NCBI GenBank assembly: GCA_963727825.1
Contig: CAVSHO010000010.1
Location: 96,001 to 160,000, forward strand
Direction of reading: 5' to 3'
DNA: 64,000 bases
From: Ignavibacteriota bacterium
GTDB lineage: Bacteria; Bacteroidota; Ignavibacteria; UBA10030
The first letter of the stretch is position 1, and every line of letters begins with the position of its first letter. The position numbers and the translations under genes are program-made. The notes under the pieces were generated by a model. It was not told the origin of the DNA and searched no databases. It saw only the letters and a list, made by a program, of their open reading frames with translations. Shown in pieces: positions 19,962 to 31,232 of this stretch.

Positions 19962-21646
19962 TTACTCTTGCTTTACTGCATTAGCCTTCACGTTTTTCTC
20001 AAGTTCAATTTCCTTTTCCACTTGCTTTAGATCGACACCAATCAAACGAATATTTTCCGACTTCTCACCGAAGACCTTTAGGAATAGATCAACTGGTGCA
20101 GGATAGATTCCGCCTTTGATAGTAACATTTCGGCTTTGAATAATATTAAATACATCTCCTGATTGTGGAACAATCCTGCAATTATTCATTTGTACACCAT
20201 CTGCATCGGCAATGAATACACCTCGTTTTGATGTAATGGAAACATTTTCGAGTAACATATTCTTGATCGACAATTCAGGAAGGCCGTTAATTACAATTGC
20301 ACGATCTGCGCCATTGCAAACGATATTCTTGACGAAGAAATTCTTAAACTGCGGTGTTCTGTCCGTTACAAGTTCTGCATTTCTTATAGTCAAGTCTTTC
20401 CTGGCTTCCACAATAGGAGAACCGCCGGAATAATACATATCAAAGAGAATCGCATCGGTCGCGATCTCTCGCATCTGAATCCCATCGATGAATATCTTCT
20501 CGATTACTCCGCCTCTTCCGCGCGCAGATTTAAAGCGAAGCCCCACATCTGTACCGCTAAAAACGCAGTTTCGGACGGAAACATTACGTGCACCGCCGTA
20601 GCTTTCACTCCCAATAACGAAACCCCCATGAGCATGATAGACCACACAGTCCGCAACTACAATATTCTCACAGGCTGGGCCCGGTTGCTGACCGGATGCT
20701 ATGGTACCAGGCTTTAGACATATTCCGTCATCACCTACATCGATCATACAATTATAGATCACTACGTTACGGCACGCCGAAGGATCTATGGCATCTGTAT
20801 TTTTTCCAAAGACCGGTGCGAGCACCTTCACATTGCGGATAATCAAATTTTCGCATTGCTGAGGAATGATATGGTACCTTGGCGAGTTTTCGAAAGTTGG
20901 ACCATCAAGCAAGATACCATTGCACTCGATAAAGTTAACGAGATTGGGTCGAAGATATTCTTTTGTCGATTCGTAATCAGCTATTGATAGTATCTTCTTT
21001 GCATCTATACTTTCTTTTAAAATTTTTCGGCTCCCATAGCTTCCTTTGAAGGCCACCATTCCCCGCCATCAGCCGACACAACACCACCTGAGGCAACAAG
21101 AGCTTTCCACTGAGACTCTGTTAAATCCTCTTTTAAAACATAGCGCCAACCTTCTCCAGCTCCGTTGAAGATACCATCACCGGTAATCGCAATATTCTTT
21201 GCCTTATAAGCAGAGATTAGCTGAGCTCTTCCATACCTGTTTTGTTTACCCCCTGGACTTTCAACAAACGGATAATCATTAATATTCTTGCTGAACTGAA
21301 CAAGCGCTCCTTTTTCCACATGGAGATTGATATTGCTTTCAAGTTTAATTGGCCCGGTAAGCCATGTGCCGGCTGGAACAACAACGGTTCCACCGCCGCC
21401 TATCGCGCATGCACTAATAGCATCAGCAAAAGCTTTTGTGTTCATGGTATACCCATCAGGGACTGCACCAAACTCTACAATGCTGACACTGCGCAGTGGA
21501 AACAGCGGCTCAACCATCTCAGGCATCGCAAATGGAAGGTTGGAAAGAAAATCCTTCAATTGTTTTTGATCTCCAGCAACAGATCTCATTACAAATAGAA
21601 AAACGAATATAACCACAATTTTTTTTCGCGACATTGCTTGTTTCAT
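19962..21646 (-). CDS. GH28 polygalacturonase-like glycoside hydrolase; 1-base deletion near 21019-21022
   Basis: N-part FGAVPDG...GTWLTGPI; C-part catalytic NTDAID, GDDGICLK, HGGFVIGSE, RFKS. Adding one T gives AEKFLKESID. Confidence 0.82.
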
Positions 21647-21670
21647 TTCATATGGTCCTTTATTTAAAGG

Positions 21671-21733
21671 GTAGAAATCATCGCCTACACAAATAACATT
21701 GGGATCAGAATAATCGGCAAAGATGATTGGATT
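21671..21733 (-). pseudogene. GH43 N-terminal motif remnant
   Basis: Intergenic frame reads NPIIFADYSDPNVICVGDDFY, matching the GH43 start motif NPxxxxDxxDPxxxRVGDDYY. Confidence 0.6.
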
Positions 21734-21755
21734 CGTATTGAAAGGTTTAATTCGA

Positions 21756-23282
21756 TCAATGAACCGTTGAATTGGCATTTTTAAGAAGCCATTCAAATAA
21801 ATTCTTACCTGCTTTGGCGTTTTCATATTCAACAGGAAGCCTCCGTGAATCAAAATATTCATTATAAAGCCAAGGATCGCCCACCGCAAAGACCAATCCC
21901 TTGCCTACTCGTGCAGAGGCCATTAGAACGAGACCATTCTCTGTCAGGATTGACTTGGCAGGTTTTTCAATTTTAAGCGAACAAATCTCCTTCATAAATA
22001 TTTGTTTCACATCTTTGAAGATCGGATGTGATGGAAGATGATCACTCTTTCCAGTCTGAAAATTATTACCAATTACTTTATGGTAAGAATCTTCATTAAA
22101 ATGAATACCGAAATGTTCTGCCAATTTGTTGAAATGTTCAAACTCGGCATTTCCTTTATCATTCTCCATCATTACGAACACACCGCCCCGCTCAACCCAC
22201 GGAACAATAACGTTGATCGCATCCTCCGACATGTAATTTGGTTTATCGGTCTCGTCCGGCGTATCTGGATCGACAATAATGTACACACTGCAATGGTTCA
22301 ATACGGAATCAGTCGGAGTGCATTGAAGCGTATCAAGATCAGCACCAAGAAGATCGATGCTTCTCCCTAAAAGAGAAAATCCGCTGTTTGTTGTATCCTC
22401 CCAAATATAATGCCAGCGTTCACGCACACCATCTTTTCTCACGCGCCATTCATTATTAAAAAAATAATCAAGCCCAACAACTTTTCCAGTGCCTACCAGA
22501 TTGTTAGTTTGCACAGAAACAAGCTCGTTTTCTAACGGCAAGTGTAATTCTTTTATACCTTCAACGACAAGTGACGCCATCTGGATAGCGCCTTGTCTCG
22601 TGAAATGTGTGTTGTCTCGACGAAGCCCGTTAAAATTACGAAATTCGTTTTTAACACCCTTAAGATATAAGGGTTTCGATTGTTCATCACCAAGAGATAC
22701 TACCATCTTCTTGGATTTTTCAAACATATCGATAAGGGGAACGTTTTCTTCCTTTGCAACCTCTTTCATTGCAGCCGGATAATCACCGTGCGTTCCAACA
22801 TATTGACCAGTTGAATCAAACTCTCGCCGCGTAATTGGAGTCAGAATAATTGGAATTGCTTTTTTCTCGCGGGCATCCCGAATATATTTCACAAGATTGT
22901 TCTTGTAATCGGGGCGTGCTGCTGCATAACGTGCAGTATCTGTTATCTTTGCATCATTATGACCGAATTGAATAAAGACATAGTCACCTGGCTGAAGTTG
23001 ACCATAAACTGCTGCCCATAGGCCTTGAGTGATAAAACTCTTCGTACTGCGGCCATTTACCGCGTGATTAAAGATCTTAACATTCTGTGAAAAAAATAAT
23101 GGAAACACTTGTCCCCACCCATGTTCTGGATTATCAACAAGAGGTTTATCCGACATCGTGGAATCGCCAACGAGAAAGATACGTGTCTGAGTCTGAGGAA
23201 GCCATGCAACGAAAAGAATAAGTATAGTGAGTGAGAAAAGAACCATTAATAATTTTCGTATTTCTGTATTTTTCATACACAC
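21756..23282 (-). CDS. SGNH rhamnogalacturonan/pectin acetylesterase (CE12-like) fused to a C-terminal glutamine-amidotransferase-like domain
   Basis: GDSTM, NGRSTKSF, QFGHND and DNTH SGNH blocks; second domain YIIVDPD...GDPWLYNEY. Confidence 0.82.
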   Translation of the reverse strand: MCMKNTEIRKLLMVLFSLTILILFVAWLPQTQTRIFLVGDSTMSDKPLVDNPEHGWGQVFPLFFSQNVKIFNHAVNGRSTKSFITQGLWAAVYGQLQPGDYVFIQFGHNDAKITDTARYAAARPDYKNNLVKYIRDAREKKAIPIILTPITRREFDSTGQYVGTHGDYPAAMKEVAKEENVPLIDMFEKSKKMVVSLGDEQSKPLYLKGVKNEFRNFNGLRRDNTHFTRQGAIQMASLVVEGIKELHLPLENELVSVQTNNLVGTGKVVGLDYFFNNEWRVRKDGVRERWHYIWEDTTNSGFSLLGRSIDLLGADLDTLQCTPTDSVLNHCSVYIIVDPDTPDETDKPNYMSEDAINVIVPWVERGGVFVMMENDKGNAEFEHFNKLAEHFGIHFNEDSYHKVIGNNFQTGKSDHLPSHPIFKDVKQIFMKEICSLKIEKPAKSILTENGLVLMASARVGKGLVFAVGDPWLYNEYFDSRRLPVEYENAKAGKNLFEWLLKNANSTVH

Positions 23283-23331
23283 CTTTAATCGCTTTTTTTT
23301 TTTATGTGAGACATTGATAAAACGAATAAAT

Positions 23332-24534
23332 CTATTGTTTTAATTCCAGAGCAGCCAAAATGAATGGACATATAGCTTTGAAGTCATTTGTGCGCTGTTT
23401 TTCACCGATATAATATTCATAGCTTCCATCACGGTACGGATTGCCGCCTAAACCGGCACCCTGGCACGCGTGATGGAGACTCACAATTCCTTTTTCATCC
23501 ACCGTCACCATCGAATCAAGAATGCCTTTGAAAGATTCCTGTGCAGCTGTCAAATATGCTTTATCTAAATACCCTTTGTTAGCTCCTTTTGCTAATGCAT
23601 ATACGAAAATGCAGGAAGCAGATGACTCTAAATAATTCCCAGCTCGATTTCCTTGGTCAACGATCTGAAACCATAGTTTAGACTTTGGTTCACGGAATTT
23701 AAGCAATGCGTTTGAAAGTCGCTGAAAAATTGCGATCAACTCTTTCCTTTTGGCATGATCCTGAGGCAGATAATCTAAAACATCTATTAATGCCCACGCA
23801 TACCATCCGATTGCACGACCCCAAAAATACGAAGAACAGCCCGTTTGTTTATTTGCCCAGGGCATTTGCTTGCTTTCATCCCAGGCGTGATATAATAACC
23901 CGGTTTTCGAATCCCGCGCATGTTGTTCCATCCAAATAAACTGATTTGCAATGTCATCGAAGTCTGCTGGTTCATGGAACATCTGAGCGTACTCAGCATA
24001 GAACGGTTCTGCCATATATAAGCCATCTAACCACATCTGGTACGGATAAATCTTTTTATGCCAGAAGCCGCCTTCGTTGGTTCTCGGTTGTTGCGTCAAT
24101 TGTTTACGTAATGTGTCGGCAGCTATTTTATATTTCTTATCGTCTGTCGCTTTATATAGAGCAAGCAAATTTCTGCCCGTAGCAATATTGTCAAGAGTGA
24201 ATGATAAATATTCATATGTACCTATGGATCCATCTTCCTGAACATATAAATCGATGTGCTTTTTGATGTAGTCCAAATATTCTTTCTTAGGAGTAGTAAG
24301 ATAGAGTTGATAGACTCCCTGCAACACTACGCCACGCTCATAATCCCATCGGGCACTTTTCGCAACTCCAGGATACTTAAGAGTATCCGCATTTTGTGTC
24401 ATAAGAGAATGGACGATGCGCACCGACCAAGGAATCTGGCTACTGCTATCAGCCAAACCGCCGCATTGAGCACAAAGACTGATCAGACATAGAGTTGCAA
24501 GTCCAAGGATATTTCGCAATAGATTCTTTTTCAT
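23332..24534 (-). CDS. GH105/GH88 unsaturated rhamnogalacturonyl hydrolase
   Basis: GGFWHKKIYPYQMWLDGLYMA, LLYHAWDE, FWGRAIGW and YLESSAS; likely start MKKNLL with signal peptide. Confidence 0.9.
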   Translation of the reverse strand: MKKNLLRNILGLATLCLISLCAQCGGLADSSSQIPWSVRIVHSLMTQNADTLKYPGVAKSARWDYERGVVLQGVYQLYLTTPKKEYLDYIKKHIDLYVQEDGSIGTYEYLSFTLDNIATGRNLLALYKATDDKKYKIAADTLRKQLTQQPRTNEGGFWHKKIYPYQMWLDGLYMAEPFYAEYAQMFHEPADFDDIANQFIWMEQHARDSKTGLLYHAWDESKQMPWANKQTGCSSYFWGRAIGWYAWALIDVLDYLPQDHAKRKELIAIFQRLSNALLKFREPKSKLWFQIVDQGNRAGNYLESSASCIFVYALAKGANKGYLDKAYLTAAQESFKGILDSMVTVDEKGIVSLHHACQGAGLGGNPYRDGSYEYYIGEKQRTNDFKAICPFILAALELKQ

Positions 24535-24595
24535 TGTTTTTATGTACTGTTGAATAAGGGAACTATATATCAAATGGTTAAGTGAACTTAATGGT

Positions 24596-25984
24596 TTATT
24601 TTACTGCCATAGATATTTTAACGCTAATCAAACTTAGATTCGTCACGTTATCTAAAACATTGGTTTCGGCAACATTATTGAACATACAGTTTACGATGTT
24701 CACATTTGCAACAGGCGATCTTTCATAACCGCGAATCCAAATTGCGAATTTACTCTTGTTACTTTCAATATTTTTTAATTCCACATTCCGCACAATCGGT
24801 GTAAAACTTCCTGCATCGCCTTCTTCATAATAAAAGTCTATCTGCATCACCGCATCGGCAACTTGCTCAACCTTGATATTTCGGAAATAAACATTTTCCA
24901 CTACTCCACCTCGAACAGAATTTGTTTTAATACGAAGCATGCGTTCAAGATTCGGGCTATCCATTGTATCATTTTCTGCATAAACATTTTGGATGCCGCC
25001 GGAGCATTCGCTCCCCAATGACACTCCGCCATGGCCATTCTTCATTCGACATCCTTGAACAATGATATTTGCACAAGGGACATTCACTCGCCGGCCATCG
25101 CTATTCCGCCCGGATTTAATCGCAATACAATCATCACCCGTATTAAAGAAACAATTCCTGATTAAAACATCGGTGCATGATTCGGGATCGCATCCATCAT
25201 TATTCGGGCCTAGGCCTTCTGTCGTGACACCAAGGACGGAGACATTAGTACATAAAACAGGATTTAAAAACCACATTGGAGAATTCCTAAACCTTACTCC
25301 CACAACCAGAACATTTTTACATCTATACGGCTCAAAGAAATTAGGGCGAAGATACGAGCCTTCTCCAAAGATTCGCTGCGCGACAGGAACATTCTTCTCT
25401 CCCATTTCATTGAGTTTAGCGCGGGCTTCTTTTTGGTTTGGCTTATCCGAATTTTTACTTCCCTTCCAACTCCACCAGTTATTGTCAGCACCTTGCCCGT
25501 CAAGAACTCCTTCACCTGTAACCGCAATATTGTCCTGCTCAAATGCATAGATCAGCGGAGAATAATTCATACACTCCACTCCTTCCCATCGTGCATACAC
25601 CACAGGCAAATATTTTCTTGGATCAGTGTAAAATTTAACAACAGCTCCTTTTGAAATATACAAGTTGACATTACTAAGTAAGCGAAGAGCGCCAGTAAGA
25701 TACACTCCCTTCGGCACAACGACTCTTCCACCTCCTGCTGCATTGCATTTTTCGATAGCTTTTTTGAATGCGCTAGTGCAATCTGTTTTATCATCGCCAA
25801 TTGCACCATATTTTGTTATAATAAAATCTTTTTGAGGAAAAGCAGGAGGAGAAATTCTTTTTAATATCGCAGGATATTCATCCCATCCCTGGAGAATAGG
25901 TGCCGTTTGTTGAGCAGCGACATAACAAATTGCCAACAGACAACATAGAAAAGTAATAACAAAACTTCGTCGGACAAAACTCAT
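24596..25984 (-). CDS. GH28 exo-polygalacturonase-like glycoside hydrolase
   Basis: NNDGCDPE, GDDCIAIKSG, GHGGVSLGSE and RIKTN motifs; signal peptide. Confidence 0.92.
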   Translation of the reverse strand: MSFVRRSFVITFLCCLLAICYVAAQQTAPILQGWDEYPAILKRISPPAFPQKDFIITKYGAIGDDKTDCTSAFKKAIEKCNAAGGGRVVVPKGVYLTGALRLLSNVNLYISKGAVVKFYTDPRKYLPVVYARWEGVECMNYSPLIYAFEQDNIAVTGEGVLDGQGADNNWWSWKGSKNSDKPNQKEARAKLNEMGEKNVPVAQRIFGEGSYLRPNFFEPYRCKNVLVVGVRFRNSPMWFLNPVLCTNVSVLGVTTEGLGPNNDGCDPESCTDVLIRNCFFNTGDDCIAIKSGRNSDGRRVNVPCANIIVQGCRMKNGHGGVSLGSECSGGIQNVYAENDTMDSPNLERMLRIKTNSVRGGVVENVYFRNIKVEQVADAVMQIDFYYEEGDAGSFTPIVRNVELKNIESNKSKFAIWIRGYERSPVANVNIVNCMFNNVAETNVLDNVTNLSLISVKISMAVK

Positions 25985-26087
25985 AGGTGGCGTTTTTTAT
26001 TCACTTCTTTTGTTTTAGTATATAGAATCGATATCTCTTTTACAGCTATCATTTTAATACCAATATTTTTTGCATATCTAATAACTT

Positions 26088-27714
26088 TTATTTTATTAGA
26101 AGCATTTTGTGCGTTTGCAAGAATGGTTGACGCGTCCCAGTCTGTGCAGATAACCGGGTAAAGTACAAACCGCTGGACATCCTGGATGCGTTCCATTGAA
26201 TAGAATAATTGCCCGGCTGCATTTGTTCATTCACGAGGATTGCGACTTCCTGTCCAAGTGTGTTATATATGCTCAACTTCACAATACTAACTGCCGGCAC
26301 ACTATATTTTATTTCAGTGGACGGATTAAATGGATTGGGATAATTTTGGTATAGAGTAAACGCATTAGGTATCGATGTATTAGTCTGATTATTAACGCCG
26401 GTAACAAAATTTGATTCGAAGCACCCCAAATCCGGAGCATTGCCGATGTATGCTAAGCCGACGTCGGTTCCTTTATTGACAAATTGACTTGTCGAAACGA
26501 GATGCATAAAGGTGATATCCGGCAAACTTCCATCTGACTTACGTGGTCCACGGACACCTGTAGTATCAATACTGATAAAATCTGCCACAATCGCGCCAGT
26601 AAAAGGGCTTGCCCAACTGTTTGTTGCAACAACCACAGGAGTCGGATTCGGACACAGCTGAACTCCATAGGTTGATCCTAATGAAATACAGTTCTCCACT
26701 GTCAATACTTTGCCTGCAGATGTTGCCAGCGTTTCTGGAAATGCATAATTATACTTGTCACCACTTGACGTTGAACCATTTCCATTATTAAATGCCGTAC
26801 AATTCAATAATGTAACAGAACCTCGATTATGATTTTGGTCGAACCCTTTTGCTTTGTTATAAAATGCGAGGCATTTTATCAGGGTCATATTATGCTTGAG
26901 AAGCCTTAGTCCAAGCACGGTATCGCATCCGCCAGTTTTAAATCCATTACCGTTGCCAGTTCCCATGGTAATTCCATCCTTGTAATATCCATTCATAAAC
27001 GACCAGCAATTTACCAACGTATCCGTAACATCATCCGAGGGCCTTAAATAACCATCCCAACCATCGTCAGAATTTTGCCAAGATCTGCATCCATAGAAAT
27101 AATTATTTGTTCCAACATCTAATTTTGGTGAAAAGCCATCTGCATTACCATCATAACTTGACCGAAGTAGAGTCTCTGTTATTATATGAATCACAATTGA
27201 TAAATCTATTATAAGATGCGCCTGATGCCAATTGAACTCCAGTATTTCTATTTTCAAAAGAGGTGCAAAACTCGATATCGTTATAATTTCCGCTGCTGAT
27301 TTTAATACCATTATGCGGTGCCCCTTTGCAGTCAAATCCTTTGATGTACCAATAACTGCCGTTAATCTTCAGTCCATCAGCACTCGTTCCTGTCATAGCA
27401 GAAAAATCGAGAAGTACGCGTTCTCCCGGATATGCGAAGAGATTGCACCTGAGTGATGTACTCAAGCCCGATGTTGTAAGTGTGATTGCTGTTGATGATC
27501 CTGTATATGAATATATACCACCGCGCACATATATGGTATCGCCGGCAACAATAATGCCAAGGGCTTTAGAAATTGTCAGAAATGGAGAAGTAATCGTACC
27601 GGAGTTTATATCATTGCCAGTCGTGGAGACAAAATATTGAGTCGCAGAGTTTGCCGTAAATATTGCGGAAAGGAGGGAAAAAACCATAACAAAACGTTGC
27701 ATGATTAATCTCAT
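26088..27714 (-). CDS. PL9-like pectate lyase with T9SS-type C-terminal sorting domain; +1 frameshift near 27162
   Basis: N-part YFVSTTGND...GDTIYVRGG...NCDSYNNRD; C-part DGNADGF, NSDDGWD, GNGNGFKTGG, YQNYPNPFNPST. Removing one G gives RDSTSSSYDGNADG. Confidence 0.82.
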
Positions 27715-28193
27715 ATTGTCCCTTTCTATTCTCGTACTCATAATCAGATTATTTTTATACTTAGTCAATCAAAATTGTGTGAGAAACAAAATTCCATATC
27801 TGGAAGAAGCAAATGAGAGTTAAGGCAGCTGCGATGGAATTAGATATTTACGTTATCAATCCAAAATTCGCAAATCTATATTATTCTTGAGTGAATATGC
27901 AAAATTTTTCTATAAATCATTTGATATTGTCAAATATCCTCTGTATCTTACTATTGTTAAATAACAGTACACCGTTATGGCTCCCTCGGGAGACCTTTTC
28001 TGTAGAGTAAGTCCTGTGTTGAGTCGTCTGTTGGTGGTTCCATTCAATCACATAGTTTGAACACCTCCATAAAGATGTTACCGACTTCTTTGGGCCGTAT
28101 CCAACCAGTAAAAGTGTTTTAAGAGTCGGAAGTACGGCGTACAACCTGCCGGCGGTCTGCCGGTGTTACAATCTTTATGAAAGGATATGTTCC

Positions 28194-28397
28194 ATGGAAA
28201 AAGGAACAGTCAAATGGTTTAATGGAGCCAAAGGTTTTGGTTTCATTTCACGTGCAAGCGGCGAAGATGTATTCGTCCACTTCAAAGCTATCACCAGCAA
28301 TGGCTACAAGACACTCAATGAGGGTGACAAAGTAGAGTTTGAAGTTCAGCAAGGACCGAAAGGCCTCCAAGCTGCAAACGTTACGGTAGTTTCGTAA
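28194..28397 (+). CDS. cold-shock protein
   Basis: GTVKWFN..KGFGFI (RNP1) and DVFVHF (RNP2). Confidence 0.96.
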   Translation: MEKGTVKWFNGAKGFGFISRASGEDVFVHFKAITSNGYKTLNEGDKVEFEVQQGPKGLQAANVTVVS

Positions 28398-28421
28398 GAA
28401 ACCATTTAGCGTTGTAAAACG

Positions 28422-28450
28422 AAACCCCGTCGATAAGACGGGGTTTTTTG
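28422..28450 (+). terminator. intrinsic terminator after the cold-shock gene
   Basis: aaaccccgtc-gataa-gacggggttt followed by a T-run. Confidence 0.85.
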
Positions 28451-28461
28451 TTTCATGCCAA

Positions 28462-29454
28462 TCAGCTTTTTTCAATACGTTGCATTTGCATAGCAGGATA
28501 TCGTTCACCAGAAGCAACGCCTGCCGGTAATGCCTCGTTTATTTTCTTAACTTCTTCCGAAGTCAAATAGACATCCACCGCTTTAATATTTTCCCGAAGA
28601 TAATTCAATTTCTTTGTGCCCGGGATTGGAACAATATCTTCCCCCTGTGCTAAGCACCATGCAAGCGCTAATTGAGCCGGAGTGCATTTATTTGCTGCAG
28701 CAAACTTTTCGACCGTTTGAACTATCTGTAAATTCTTTTTGAAGTTCTCTTCAAGAAATCGCGGATGGTTGCTCTTTCGGAAATCGCCTTCTGTAAAATC
28801 TGAAAGTGATTTAAATCTTCCCGTTAAAAAACCTCTCCCCAATGGACTATAGGGCACAAATCCGATCCCTAATGAACGACAGGTTGGAAGAATTTCCTTT
28901 TCGACATCTCTGGTCCAGAGAGAATATTCTGTCTGCAATGCGGTGATAGGATGGACTCCATATGCCTTCTTGATGGTCGCAGGCCGTGCTTCTGATAGTC
29001 CGAGGAAACGAACCTTTCCTTCGCGCACAAGTTCTGACATTGCTCCGACGGTTTCTTCAATAGGAGTATTCGGGTCAACTCGATGTTGATAATAGAGATC
29101 GATTAAATCGATTTTCAATCGGCGCAGACTGGCTTCACAAGCCGACTTGACATATTCAGGCTTGCCATTAATTCCTAAAAAACTTTTATCAGCGCCGCGC
29201 ACATTCCCAAATTTCGTAGCGATGAATAATGAGTCACGTTTATCTTTGATGGCTTTCCCAAGCAGTTCTTCATTATGTCCGATACCGTACATATCAGCTG
29301 TATCGAAAAAGGTAATACCAAGATCGATCGCTTCATGAATCACAGATATGGATTCAGTATCGTTTCCCTTTCCATAGAACTCCGACATTCCCATACATCC
29401 CAGGCCAATAGCCGAAACAACAGGCCCATTTTTTCCAAGTACTCGTAATTTCAT
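28462..29454 (-). CDS. aldo/keto reductase
   Basis: [34 protein letters not shown] and PIPGT motifs. Confidence 0.95.
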   Translation of the reverse strand: MKLRVLGKNGPVVSAIGLGCMGMSEFYGKGNDTESISVIHEAIDLGITFFDTADMYGIGHNEELLGKAIKDKRDSLFIATKFGNVRGADKSFLGINGKPEYVKSACEASLRRLKIDLIDLYYQHRVDPNTPIEETVGAMSELVREGKVRFLGLSEARPATIKKAYGVHPITALQTEYSLWTRDVEKEILPTCRSLGIGFVPYSPLGRGFLTGRFKSLSDFTEGDFRKSNHPRFLEENFKKNLQIVQTVEKFAAANKCTPAQLALAWCLAQGEDIVPIPGTKKLNYLRENIKAVDVYLTSEEVKKINEALPAGVASGERYPAMQMQRIEKS

Positions 29455-29540
29455 TATATGGTTTCCTTTTCATAATTAACTTAGAAACAAAATACTAATA
29501 CTAATTCTCTAACAATAATTCAAACCCTGTTCGTTCCTAA

Positions 29541-31034
29541 TTATCGCGTGTCAATTTTAAAAACAAATGTCGTTTCATTTTTATTGTTTCTTGGATTGAG
29601 TCGATAGAATATATCATCAAGAAAGCTTGGTTCAATCCGCTGCTCAAGCGTAAACTTTAATTTAAGCGCATATTCTGTCTGTTGTACACGCTGATCGATA
29701 TCTTCCAATCCAAAAAAGATTATATAATTTGGATGAAAAGTACCATTGTCAAGCATTGTTTTCGCTTGAGTAAGTTGTAAATCATTATTGATCTCACATG
29801 TTGGAACCGGATACACCCCAGCATAGAACATTGGCGGTTGTGTTACGCCTAATTTTCCACCCACCATCACAATCCCACTTATTGGTTTATCGTATAGAGT
29901 ATACATCGCTTCAACTCTGGACTTCTTACTATAGTAAGTCGTAAATGGAATCAGAAGAATAAAATTTATTACCCAGAACCACGCCCACAGAGATTTTAAT
30001 GCAGTGCGATGATGCGACCAGAATGCTGAACCCTTCACAAATTCTTCCCACCCGACAATGCTTAACAGTAAAATCAGAGGCACAACTGGAAAAATGAACC
30101 GTTCCTGCTTGTTTGGGAAAAGAGAATGCGAGATAAAAAATACCATCACCGGTAGCACAATCAATAAAGTCTTTCGCCAATTCCTGCAAAACCCATATAA
30201 CAAAAAGAAACTCATTGGTGGAATTAAAGCACCAAGTACTAACAAGAAATAATTATACACCGGTCCTGTTGTATAGTCATATCCGTGTGTAGCGTTATAG
30301 CGCATATATTCCTGGAAAGAAGCGAACGGGTACCCCCATGCGAAAATATCCGCGCTGCCCTGAATCATCAATGCTGTTAAAAGAAATCCAGCTATCAGAA
30401 GTGCCAAATTTTTGAATTCCTTCCTGAAGAGGAATACCAATCCCAATGTACCTGTTATGGACAATGTTTGATAACGAAACACAAATGCAAGCCCGAACCA
30501 CACGCCAGCAACAAATGCATTCCGCAATTTTTCTTTGGAAGTCACTGCATAGAAAAAACCTGCCATAAGCGGAGGAATACAGACCATCTCGATAAGATTG
30601 CGGACACTAAGGAAAGGAAATGCCCAGAAGAGTGCTAGAATAAGCCCGGTTTTCTTTGCGGTCTGCTTGTCACTTATTACCTCGGCAATCTTATAACCGA
30701 AATATACAACCAGCAATGAATAGATCGCATGAAGAAAGCGCACAATATACATTTTTACCTGCGGATCTTGAATTCCAACAGTCTCGCATCCATTAAGGAG
30801 AATATAATGTATGAATGGATAAACGATACTGTGCCCATGCACTCCTGCCCGACTCGTCCAGTACGTTATGTATTTCATAATAATAAATGGCTGCTCGATG
30901 GGGCCAAAGTGGTCATCGTGCATTCCATACCCCTTAGAGAAAACAGCAGCGATAAAACGTGGGATGGAAGCAATCAGAATGATTGCAAGCAATGGGTGTT
31001 CGTTCCAGAAACGCTTCAATAAATTAACCATCAA
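29541..31034 (-). CDS. polytopic membrane GT-C-type glycosyltransferase (PMT/Alg9-like)
   Basis: About 10 hydrophobic segments, N-terminal HDDH acidic motif, KQERFIFP motif. Confidence 0.75.
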   Translation of the reverse strand: MMVNLLKRFWNEHPLLAIILIASIPRFIAAVFSKGYGMHDDHFGPIEQPFIIMKYITYWTSRAGVHGHSIVYPFIHYILLNGCETVGIQDPQVKMYIVRFLHAIYSLLVVYFGYKIAEVISDKQTAKKTGLILALFWAFPFLSVRNLIEMVCIPPLMAGFFYAVTSKEKLRNAFVAGVWFGLAFVFRYQTLSITGTLGLVFLFRKEFKNLALLIAGFLLTALMIQGSADIFAWGYPFASFQEYMRYNATHGYDYTTGPVYNYFLLVLGALIPPMSFFLLYGFCRNWRKTLLIVLPVMVFFISHSLFPNKQERFIFPVVPLILLLSIVGWEEFVKGSAFWSHHRTALKSLWAWFWVINFILLIPFTTYYSKKSRVEAMYTLYDKPISGIVMVGGKLGVTQPPMFYAGVYPVPTCEINNDLQLTQAKTMLDNGTFHPNYIIFFGLEDIDQRVQQTEYALKLKFTLEQRIEPSFLDDIFYRLNPRNNKNETTFVFKIDTR

Positions 31035-31232
31035 AACTCTGCCTTGCTAGTTTTAATCGGAAAATTCTAGTACGGTATTTTTACACCAATAGTAACATAA
31101 TCTTAGGTCATCTGATTGTAGTAATCAGTTACCATGAAATCAAGCATTAGGTTCATTTTTGAAATAACTGAACTTCTCTGTATCTTATATATAATTCAGA
31201 GTGATTATAAATGAACTGGAGTTATTGATTCG

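Noticed and set aside
21010-21030. Programmed -1 frameshift in GH28 at GAA AAA TTT TAA
   Set aside because: Not an in-frame X XXY YYZ slippery heptamer, and the truncated product has no obvious use; a homopolymer error is simpler.
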